In this document: piece by piece, positions 44,998 to 52,845 of the stretch
Position numbering within the stretch: the stretch's first letter is position 1
Layout of the letters: each line of letters opens with the position of its first letter
Origin: Verrucomicrobiia bacterium
Lineage (GTDB): Bacteria > Acidobacteriota > Terriglobia > Acidiferrales > UBA7541
Assembly: GCA_035500255.1 (NCBI GenBank)
Contig: DATJXJ010000082.1
Span: 19,188 to 83,187 of the forward strand
DNA length: 64,000 bases
Reading direction: 5' to 3'
Translations under genes and position numbers: made by a program
Notes under the pieces: generated by a model
What the model was told of the DNA's origin: nothing
The model's input: the letters and a program-made list of their open reading frames with translations, nothing else
Database searches by the model: none

Positions 44998-46300
44998 CGA
45001 GGCCTCGATGTGCCGTGCCCTCGACGCGAACTTTCGGCGCCGTGGTTGGCAGGTGACGACCGCGTATGGCGTGGCGGACGCGTTGGCCAAGTTTCGCATG
45101 ACGCCGAGCCGGCTCGTCGTCACGGACATGCGGATGAGCGATGGAGACGGCCTGGCAGTGCTGCAAGGCGTTCGCGAAGTGGCGCCTCAGACACCGGTGA
45201 TCTTCCTTACGGCCTACGGAAGCGTTCCCGAAGCCGTGACCGCGATGCGCGAAGGCGCTTGCGACTATTTGATGAAGCCTGTTTCGTTCGAGCAGCTCGA
45301 AGAGACGGCGCAACGAATCCTGGGTGCGAGTTCCGGCGAGATTGATCCGAAAGAGCCGGAGTTTTTTGTCGGAGAGTCGGCCGGCTTCCGCGACCTGATC
45401 GCAAAGTCAAAGCACATCGCGCAGACCGACGCGGACATTCTGATCGAAGCTGAGAGTGGAACCGGCAAGGAACTGCTGGCTCGCTTCATCCATCGCTCAA
45501 GCCCGCGCGCACCGAAGCCTTTCGTGGCGGTGAACTGCTCCGCGTTTCCGGAGAACCTGCTTGAGAGCGAACTTTTCGGCCACGTGCGCGGCGCCTTCAC
45601 AGGAGCGATGGCCGCCAAGCCGGGAAAATTCCAGGTGGCCAACGGCGGAACGCTGTTGCTCGATGAGATCGGCGAGATGCCATTGAGTCTCCAGCCAAAG
45701 CTGCTTCGCGTGCTGCAGGAGCGGGAAGTCGACCGGCTGGGCGACACGCATCCTGTGCCGATCGACGTCCGCGTGATTGCGACGACGAACCGCTCGCTCA
45801 CGTCGCAGATTGAGGCGGGGCTATTCCGCGCCGATCTGTTCTATCGGCTCAACGTGATTCCACTTTCGATACCGCCGCTGCGCGATCGTCGCGAGGACAT
45901 TCTCAGCCTGGCGGAACATTTCCTCCGGAAATTCGAGCCCTCTTCCCGGCGCGGGCAGTTCCGTATTTCGCCGGAGCTGGCGATCGCGCTGCGCGACCAC
46001 GCCTGGCCTGGCAACGTCCGCGAGCTCGCAAATTTCATTCGCCGGGGCGTCGCGCTGGCGCACGGAAGCACTCTCGGCGCCGAGTCGTTTGGCTCCGTGG
46101 CACGGGCACAGATGCCCGCGGCCAACGACCGCCCGAAGGCGGGCATGACTCTGGAAGATATGGAACGACAGCTCTTGGAAGCGACGCTCGAAGCGACAAA
46201 AGGCAATCGCACGCGAACCGCCGAAATGATGGGCGTCAGCCTGCGGACAGTCCGCAACAAGATCCGCGAATACGGCCTCGCGCCGAAGGAGGCGCTGTGA
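44972..46300 (+). CDS. NtrC-family sigma-54-dependent response regulator (FleR/FlrC/FlgR-like)
   Basis: SD GGAGGA precedes ATG 44972. Canonical REC ('VLVVDDE', 'VVTDMRM', 'YLMKP'), AAA+ ('GESGTGKE', 'GAFTGA'), and a Fis-type HTH 'RTAEMMGVSLRTVRNKIREYGL'. Confidence 0.9.
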   Translation: MSHVLVVDDEASMCRALDANFRRRGWQVTTAYGVADALAKFRMTPSRLVVTDMRMSDGDGLAVLQGVREVAPQTPVIFLTAYGSVPEAVTAMREGACDYLMKPVSFEQLEETAQRILGASSGEIDPKEPEFFVGESAGFRDLIAKSKHIAQTDADILIEAESGTGKELLARFIHRSSPRAPKPFVAVNCSAFPENLLESELFGHVRGAFTGAMAAKPGKFQVANGGTLLLDEIGEMPLSLQPKLLRVLQEREVDRLGDTHPVPIDVRVIATTNRSLTSQIEAGLFRADLFYRLNVIPLSIPPLRDRREDILSLAEHFLRKFEPSSRRGQFRISPELAIALRDHAWPGNVRELANFIRRGVALAHGSTLGAESFGSVARAQMPAANDRPKAGMTLEDMERQLLEATLEATKGNRTRTAEMMGVSLRTVRNKIREYGLAPKEAL

Positions 46301-46662
46301 ACTGGCTCGATTCTCCGCAGAGCAATCTGCTGGGGCGCTATCTCGATCTCACCGCCATGCGACAGGCGCTGATCAGCAGCAACATCGCCAACGTCGATAC
46401 GCCCGGCTACCGCACGCGCGACATCGACTTTCACGGCGAGCTGATGCGAGCGCTCCAAGGCAACGGCGAAGAAACCACGGAGCCGGCAGTCCGCGAAGTG
46501 CCGGGCCTGATCGCGCGCCCGGACGGCAACAACGTGAGCATTGATCGCGAAAGCATGCTGCTGGCTGAAGTCCAACTGCAGTTCAGCGCCGCCGAGCAGC
46601 TTCTGAAATCGCAGTTCAAGGTTCTGAACATGGCAATCAACGAAGGGGGAAGCGGATCATGA
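46297..46662 (+). CDS. flgB: flagellar basal-body rod protein FlgB
   Basis: 'ISSNIANVDTPGYRTRDIDF' is the rod-protein N-terminal signature. The GTG start overlaps the regulator stop (GTGA). Confidence 0.85.
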   Translation: MNWLDSPQSNLLGRYLDLTAMRQALISSNIANVDTPGYRTRDIDFHGELMRALQGNGEETTEPAVREVPGLIARPDGNNVSIDRESMLLAEVQLQFSAAEQLLKSQFKVLNMAINEGGSGS

Positions 46663-47102
46663 ATCTCTTCAAGGTGCTGGATATCAGCGGCTCTGCGCTT
46701 CTGGCGGAACGCCAGCGCGCGGAAGTCGTTTCAAGCAATCTGGCGAACGCGGAGAGCACGCACACTTCCGACGGCGGCCCATACAAGCGCATGCACGTCG
46801 TCTTCGGCGCGCACCCGATGCAAAACCACGGCTTTGCGCTCACGCTCGCCTCGTTCACGGATATGAACGCGGAGGGCGTGCGCGTCGACCGCGTCGTCCA
46901 GGACGGCGCACCTCCGATTCGCCGCTTCGAGCCGGGTCATCCCGACGCAGACGCGGATGGCTACGTGTCGTACCCGGCGATCAATCCTGTCGAGGAGCTG
47001 GTCAACCTGATGGGCGCGGCGCGCGCGTATCAGCTCAACGCGTCGGCCATTCAGAGCACGAAGAACATGATTCAGGCGTCGATCGACATCATTAAGGCGT
47101 AG
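46659..47102 (+). CDS. flgC: flagellar basal-body rod protein FlgC
   Basis: 'ISGSALLAERQRAEVVSSNLANAEST' and the C-terminal 'VNLMGAARAYQLNASAIQSTKNMIQASIDI'. The ATGA overlaps flgB. Confidence 0.9.
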   Translation: MNLFKVLDISGSALLAERQRAEVVSSNLANAESTHTSDGGPYKRMHVVFGAHPMQNHGFALTLASFTDMNAEGVRVDRVVQDGAPPIRRFEPGHPDADADGYVSYPAINPVEELVNLMGAARAYQLNASAIQSTKNMIQASIDIIKA

Positions 47103-47123
47103 GTCTGAGCCAGGAGAAGGCGC

Positions 47124-47420
47124 ATGACGAATCCGATTCAAGGGCTGCCGCAGCCGCATATGGACTATGGCATTTCGGTCGCCAACGAACAGCAGGGCGG
47201 CTCCGAATTCCTCGATACGTTGCGCAACGCCGTGGGCCAGGTGAAGGACCTGCAGTCTCAGGCGGACACGCAGGTGGCTTCCCTGTTGAGCGGCGACGGC
47301 CAGGACGTGCATTCGGCAATGATTGCGGTCGAAAAAGCGAATCTGGCTTTCGAGCTGATGCTGCAGGTTCGCAACAAGATCGTTTCGGCGTATCAAGAAG
47401 TCTCGAAGATTCCGTTTTGA
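47124..47420 (+). CDS. fliE: flagellar hook-basal body complex protein FliE
   Basis: 98 aa. 'FLDTLRNAVGQVKDLQSQAD' and 'HSAMIAVEKANLAFELMLQVRNKIVSAYQEV'. Confidence 0.9.
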   Translation: MTNPIQGLPQPHMDYGISVANEQQGGSEFLDTLRNAVGQVKDLQSQADTQVASLLSGDGQDVHSAMIAVEKANLAFELMLQVRNKIVSAYQEVSKIPF

Positions 47421-47480
47421 TGCCGGCGATCGGGTCCGATTCGCAGATCGTAGTTCCCGACGCATCGAGTAACTCACGTA

Positions 47481-49124
47481 TTGACGGACGGCAAAGTGGA
47501 TAAGCTGCAAAAACAGATTGTCGCCTTCTTGCGCGGGTTGACGCCCACGCAGATCGGTCTCTTGATCGGTAGCGCCGCTCTCGTCGGCGTCACGATCTGG
47601 ATCTTTGTCCGCTTGCTCGGCGGCGCCGATTACAAGCCGCTTTACACGGGCCTGGCGAACGGTGATGCACAGGCGCTGACGCAGGAGCTGGCGTCGCAGA
47701 ACATCGACTTTCAGGTTTCCAGCGACGGCACCACCGTCCTCGTTCCCTCGGATCAAATCGATAAGGCGCGCCTGGAAGTGGCCTCGCGCGGACCGCTCAG
47801 CAGTGGCCGGATGGGTTTCGAGCTTTTCGACAAACCCAACTGGTCCGGCAGCGACTTCTCCGAAAAGGTGAACTATCAGCGGGCCCTCGAAACCGAACTC
47901 GAGCGCACGATTCAGACGATGAACGGAGTCGAGGCTGTGCGCGTTCACCTCGTGCTGCCCCACGAGTCGCTGTTCACAGAAAGGGAGCGCCCGGCGAAAG
48001 CGGCTGTCGTGTTGAAGCTCCGCGGCGTGCGGATGAGCGACCAAGTGGCACACTCGGTGGCAAATCTCGTGTCCAGCTCCTGGGACGATCTTTCGCCGCA
48101 GAACGTCACCGTGATCACGACGGATGGCCAGATGCCCGGACAGATGCATGGTGAATCCTCGGACGGCGTGGGCGGCATGGCTGACGTCGAAACAGCGATG
48201 GCGGAGCGCGTGGTGCAGGTTCTTACGCCGATCGTCGGCTCCGATCACGTTCGGTCGAGCGTCACCATCGAGTACGATCCAACCTCCGGCGAAAGCACAC
48301 AGGATCTCTATGATCCGACAGCGAGCGCGGTGCTCACCTCACAGACCTCGCAGGAAACGGCGGACGGGCTTGAGCCTTCCGGTATTCCCGGCACTGCGAC
48401 CAACGCGCCCAATACTCCTCCTGCCGGTGCGGCCGCCAACCAGTCGAAGACAGATCAGGACGGCCAGGCGATTCGAACGGAGAGCAAGACTTTCGCTGTC
48501 AGCCACACCGTGCGCCACTTGATCGAACCAGCGGGCCGCATCAAGCGCGTTGCCGCCGCAGTCCTCGTGGATGACGTCGTCGAAGCCAAGACGGAGAACG
48601 GCAAGGCAACCGAGGCGCGCCGCAAGCGCACTCCCGACGAGATGAAACAGATCGAAGACCTTACCAAGGCCGCGATTGGATGGGATGGCACGCGCGGCGA
48701 TCAAATCTCCGTGCAGAACGTTTCCTTCCGCAGCGCTGACGTCGACAAGCCGGAGCCGCCCTCGGTGCCGGAGCGCATCCGCGTCGTCGCCGAGCGTTGG
48801 ACCGGACTGCTGCGCTACGTCGGCGTGTTCGGCCTATTCCTGTTGGTCTATTTCCTGATCCTCAATCCCGTGAAGAGCCGCGTCCTGACCGCTATCGAAG
48901 CGGCGGGCGCGCGAGCCGCGAATCCTCCCGCGCTGGGCACGGACGGGGCGCTCGCTTCACCTGAGCTTTACACTGGCGATCAGGCGACGCTCGGGGCCGG
49001 AGCGGCGGCTCAGCACCAGCTCCAGCAGGCGAACGTGCTGAAACAGCAAATCGTTGCGCGCGTGAAGAGCGATGCAGAAGGCGCGGCCAAGCCGGTTCAA
49101 GGCTGGCTGCGGACAGGAGCCTGA
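47481..49124 (+). CDS. fliF: flagellar MS-ring protein FliF
   Basis: TTG start. N-terminal TM segment, then 'YKPLYTGL', 'GMGFELFDK', 'YQRALETELERTI' and a C-terminal TM segment. Confidence 0.9.
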   Translation: MTDGKVDKLQKQIVAFLRGLTPTQIGLLIGSAALVGVTIWIFVRLLGGADYKPLYTGLANGDAQALTQELASQNIDFQVSSDGTTVLVPSDQIDKARLEVASRGPLSSGRMGFELFDKPNWSGSDFSEKVNYQRALETELERTIQTMNGVEAVRVHLVLPHESLFTERERPAKAAVVLKLRGVRMSDQVAHSVANLVSSSWDDLSPQNVTVITTDGQMPGQMHGESSDGVGGMADVETAMAERVVQVLTPIVGSDHVRSSVTIEYDPTSGESTQDLYDPTASAVLTSQTSQETADGLEPSGIPGTATNAPNTPPAGAAANQSKTDQDGQAIRTESKTFAVSHTVRHLIEPAGRIKRVAAAVLVDDVVEAKTENGKATEARRKRTPDEMKQIEDLTKAAIGWDGTRGDQISVQNVSFRSADVDKPEPPSVPERIRVVAERWTGLLRYVGVFGLFLLVYFLILNPVKSRVLTAIEAAGARAANPPALGTDGALASPELYTGDQATLGAGAAAQHQLQQANVLKQQIVARVKSDAEGAAKPVQGWLRTGA

Positions 49125-49126
49125 TC

Positions 49127-50155
49127 GTGAGCCGCTCCGCACAAATTCCCGCGATGACGCCCGCCCGAAAAGCAGCCGTGCTGTTGGCGCTGCTCGGAGA
49201 CGACGCGTCCACCGAGATTTGCAAGCACCTCGGCAAAGACGATCTGAAGTTGCTCGCGCAGGAGATTTCGGATCTCGACGAAATCACCGCCGAGATGGCC
49301 GCGCAAGTGTTGCAGGAGTATCAAGGACTCGCCGTTGCGCCCACTGCCGTGGCGCAGGCTGGCCCCGCTTTCGCGAAGAAACTCGTGGTCAAGACGCTTG
49401 GAGACGAGGGGTCTCGCCCTCTGGTTGAGAACGTAATTCGCGCCAAAGAGAAGGCCGCCCAGAATCTGGAAGCGCTGGAGAAGGCCGATCCCAAAGAGAT
49501 CGCCAAGGTGCTGCAGGAGGAACATCCGCAGACAATCGCCCTGATTCTCGCTCACCTGAATACCAACTTGACCAAGGCTGTGCTGCTGCTCCTGCCGGAT
49601 CAAACCCGCACCAACGCGATCAAGAGACTGGCGCAGATGCAGAACTTTTCGCCCGACATCGTGAACAAAGTGACCGCCCGTCTGCTCGGAAAACTGAAGC
49701 CGAAGAAGGAAGACGACCGCCGGGCGTACGGCGGCGTGCGCGCTGTCGCCGAGCTGCTAAATCGCATCGACGGCAACGTCGCAAAGAGCATTCTCGAAAC
49801 GATCGAAAAAGAAAACGATGGCTTGGCTGTCTCCATCCGCGACCAAATGTTCACGTTCGAGGATTTCGCCGGCGTCCCGGACGTTGCGATGCGCGAGCTG
49901 CTCTCCCAGGTCGACAAGAAATCTCTCGCGATGGCTCTAAAGGGGGCGTCGGAGGGAGTGCAGAATCGCTTCTACAGCTCCATGTCTTCGCGCGCAGTCG
50001 AAATGTTGAAAGAAGACTCGGAGGCCCTTGGTCCCGCCCGCGCGAGCGACGTGAAGCAAGCGCAAGCCGAAATCATTCTCGTTGCGCGGAAGCTGGAAAC
50101 GGAAGGGAAGATTACGCTCCGGGCCAGCGAAGAGGAAGGGGCATATGTCGGCTGA
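49127..50155 (+). CDS. fliG: flagellar motor switch protein FliG
   Basis: 'RKAAVLLALLGDD' and 'FTFEDF'. The 342-aa length and the position after fliF also fit. Confidence 0.9.
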   Translation: MSRSAQIPAMTPARKAAVLLALLGDDASTEICKHLGKDDLKLLAQEISDLDEITAEMAAQVLQEYQGLAVAPTAVAQAGPAFAKKLVVKTLGDEGSRPLVENVIRAKEKAAQNLEALEKADPKEIAKVLQEEHPQTIALILAHLNTNLTKAVLLLLPDQTRTNAIKRLAQMQNFSPDIVNKVTARLLGKLKPKKEDDRRAYGGVRAVAELLNRIDGNVAKSILETIEKENDGLAVSIRDQMFTFEDFAGVPDVAMRELLSQVDKKSLAMALKGASEGVQNRFYSSMSSRAVEMLKEDSEALGPARASDVKQAQAEIILVARKLETEGKITLRASEEEGAYVG

Positions 50156-50819
50156 GATATCGAAGGGCAACGGTTCTCCAGCGCGCGCAGCTGAACCGTT
50201 TCTCTACGCCCCCGCAGTAGCGGCGAACGCGCAAGCGCGCGCGTCCAAGGTGCCTCCCGTGCCGCGCGAGGTCGTCCCGATCAGCGCTGATCGGCCCGGG
50301 GATACGCCGAGCGACCAGCGCGCGTACGAGAAAGGAATCGGCGAAGGCGAAGCCCGGGCGCGAGTCGCGTATGAGAAGACTCTCGCAGAGTTGCGCAGCC
50401 AGGTTTCCGAAGCGCTGCGTCAGTTCACGAAACAGCGCGAGATGTACTTCGAGCGCGTCGAATCGGACGTCGTCCAACTGGCTTTGTCCATCGCGCGCAA
50501 GATTCTGCACCGCGAGAGTCAAATCGATCCGCTCCTGCTGACGGGCGTGGTTCGCGTGGCGATGGAGGGCGTGAATCGTGATACGCAAGTCCGCCTTCGC
50601 GCCAATCCCGACGAAGTGCGCTTCTGGCGCGACTACTTCGCTCACACCGAAGGTATTCGGCCCACTCCGGAGCTCGTCGGCGATCCCTCTCTTTCCGTCG
50701 GCCATTGCGTTCTGGAGACCGATCTCGGCAGCACGCACATCAGTTTCGATACTCAACTGAAAGAGATCGAGCAGGGATTTCTCGACTTGCTCGGGCAGCG
50801 CCCAAGGGCGAGCGAATGA
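50145..50819 (+). CDS. fliH: flagellar assembly protein FliH
   Basis: Position between fliG and fliI. 'VQLALSIARKILHRE' and the C-terminal 'GHCVLETDLGSTHISFDTQLKEIE'. Confidence 0.8.
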   Translation: MSAEISKGNGSPARAAEPFLYAPAVAANAQARASKVPPVPREVVPISADRPGDTPSDQRAYEKGIGEGEARARVAYEKTLAELRSQVSEALRQFTKQREMYFERVESDVVQLALSIARKILHRESQIDPLLLTGVVRVAMEGVNRDTQVRLRANPDEVRFWRDYFAHTEGIRPTPELVGDPSLSVGHCVLETDLGSTHISFDTQLKEIEQGFLDLLGQRPRASE

Positions 50820-52132
50820 CCTCGCACGTCCGCCCGCTTGGTCCCTTCTTCCGCCGCCTCGAAGATTTCTCGACATTCCGATGGATGGGCCGCGTGACGA
50901 AAGTCGCCGACTATCTCGTCGAGTCCGAGGGACCGTTTTGCTCGGTGGGCGAGGGATGCGCCATTCTCACCTCGGACGGACGCACGCTCGCAGGCGAAAT
51001 CGTCGGCTTCCGCGGCCGCGTGGTTTTGTCGATGCCACTCGAGCGCCCGATCGGAATTCGCTACGGCGACCGCATCGTCACGCGCGGCACGCAGCCGTCT
51101 CTGCGGGTCGGGCCGGGTCTTCTCGGCCGCGTCATCGATGGCACGGGCAAGCCCCTGGACTCGAAGGGTTCGTACACGGCCCGCGAGTATTGGACACTGC
51201 GAGGTGACACACCTCTCGCGCTGGATCGCGCGCTGATTCGAGATCCGCTCGGCTGTGGCATTCGAGCGATCGACGGCATGCTGACGTGCGGGCGCGGCCA
51301 GCGCATGGGCATCTTCGGCGGCAGCGGCGTCGGAAAAAGCACGCTCGTCGGAATGATGACGCGCGGCACATCCGCGGATCTGACGGTGTTGGCTCTGGTG
51401 GGTGAGCGAGGCCGCGAAGTGCGCGAGTTCCTGGAGGAATCCATCGGCGAGGAGGGCCTAGGCAGATCGGTCGTCGTGACGTCCACTTCCGATCAGCCGC
51501 CGCTGATGCGAATTCGGGCGGCTCTCGCGGCCACGACTGTCGCCGAGTATTTCGCGGCTCAGGGGAAGCACGTCTTATTGGTCGTGGACTCGCTGACGCG
51601 GTTCGCGATGGCCCAGCGAGAAATCGGATTGGCCGCGGGCGAGCCGCCGACGGCGAAGGGTTACACACCGTCGGTCTTCACATTGCTCGCGCAGGTGCTG
51701 GAGCGCGCCGGTCATTTCGGCACTGGCAGCATCACGGGATTCTACACAGTGCTGATGGAAGGCGACGATCAGCAAGACCCGCTCGTGGACGCCGTGCGCG
51801 CCATCCTCGATGGCCACATCATTCTCGACCGGCGCCTGGCGGCAAAAGGGCACTACCCGCCGATTTCCGTCCTCGATAGCCTCAGCAGACTGATGCCTTC
51901 GGTCTGCACGCCCGAGCATCTCGCGAAGGCGCGCCATCTGCGCAGCTTGATAGCGTCGTACACTGCGTCGGAGGATCTGATCCGCGTGGGCGCGTACCAG
52001 AAGGGAAGCGATCCAATTTTGGATCACGCAGTGGCGGCTCTGCCCGACATCAATGCGTTCCTGCAGCAGCGAAAAGACGACAAGACGTCAATCGAGCAAG
52101 CGATCAAGGCTCTGCTCGCTCTCTCTGCCTGA
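50816..52132 (+). CDS. fliI: flagellum-specific ATPase FliI
   Basis: Walker A 'GGSGVGKST', Walker B 'VLLVVDSLTR', and an ATGA overlap with fliH. Confidence 0.95.
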   Translation: MTSHVRPLGPFFRRLEDFSTFRWMGRVTKVADYLVESEGPFCSVGEGCAILTSDGRTLAGEIVGFRGRVVLSMPLERPIGIRYGDRIVTRGTQPSLRVGPGLLGRVIDGTGKPLDSKGSYTAREYWTLRGDTPLALDRALIRDPLGCGIRAIDGMLTCGRGQRMGIFGGSGVGKSTLVGMMTRGTSADLTVLALVGERGREVREFLEESIGEEGLGRSVVVTSTSDQPPLMRIRAALAATTVAEYFAAQGKHVLLVVDSLTRFAMAQREIGLAAGEPPTAKGYTPSVFTLLAQVLERAGHFGTGSITGFYTVLMEGDDQQDPLVDAVRAILDGHIILDRRLAAKGHYPPISVLDSLSRLMPSVCTPEHLAKARHLRSLIASYTASEDLIRVGAYQKGSDPILDHAVAALPDINAFLQQRKDDKTSIEQAIKALLALSA

Positions 52133-52137
52133 GGCCC

Positions 52138-52614
52138 ATGCCATTTCATTTCACGCTCGCACCGATTCTGCGATTGCGCGAGGGCCTGGAGAAACTCGAG
52201 CTGCGCCGACTACAGGCCATTGCCGCACAGATCGTGCAGGTCGGCGCGGAGATAGCGGCGATCGATGCGGAGACCGAAATGGCGCGGCGCGAAATCCTGG
52301 AGCAGGCCGCGGGCGGGATCACGGGCGCCGAACTTCACGCCGCCGCCCTGGCTGAGCTTGTTCGCAACGATCGGCGTGCAGCGCTGGAGGCCAAGCGCGT
52401 AGAGCTGGAGCAAGAGCGCGCCGTGCAGCAGACCCGCTATACCGAAGCCCGTCGGCGCCGTGAAATCCTCGAAAACCTACGGCAGCGTCAACTCGCGGCG
52501 TATCAGTTGGAGCAGTCGCGTCGCGAACAGCAACGGATCGACGAATTGTTCCTCATTCGTCGCGCCAGCAAGCAGCGCTCGACCCGGGAAGACAGCGACA
52601 ATACATCACCGTGA
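52138..52614 (+). CDS. fliJ: flagellar export chaperone FliJ
   Basis: 158-aa coiled-coil protein rich in R/E/Q, located directly after fliI. Confidence 0.7.
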   Translation: MPFHFTLAPILRLREGLEKLELRRLQAIAAQIVQVGAEIAAIDAETEMARREILEQAAGGITGAELHAAALAELVRNDRRAALEAKRVELEQERAVQQTRYTEARRRREILENLRQRQLAAYQLEQSRREQQRIDELFLIRRASKQRSTREDSDNTSP

Positions 52615-52803
52615 GCTCCGTCCTCGGACGCCTGCGGCCGGCTTCTTCATCGGTCGCTCCTTGCCTAGCTGAGTCGGCAAAGCTTTCCGATCTGCCATAG
52701 GTCCGTTCTCGGCATTTTCCAGAGAAACTTGAGCGACGGTTGTATCGCGTTCAATTCCCGCCAGTTGCTGCCAATCCAATGCCGCTCGCCCGAGTCGGCC
52801 GAT

Positions 52804-52820
52804 TTGGCCATGCGGGTGCA
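52804..52820 (+). promoter_or_regulatory. sigma-54 promoter candidate upstream of fliK
   Basis: tTGGCCATGCGGGTGCAa: GG at 52806-07 and GC at 52818-19, the canonical 12-nt register (consensus TGGCACG-N4-TTGCA). It lies 26 nt upstream of ATG 52846. Confidence 0.4.
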
Positions 52821-52845
52821 ATTCACCCGACCGTTTCGAAGACCC

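Noticed and set aside
46731-48248. 505-aa minus-strand ORF antisense to flgC-fliE-fliF
   Set aside because: It is Arg/His-rich with no motifs, and it lies entirely opposite genes with unmistakable flagellar signatures. This is a typical high-GC antisense artefact.
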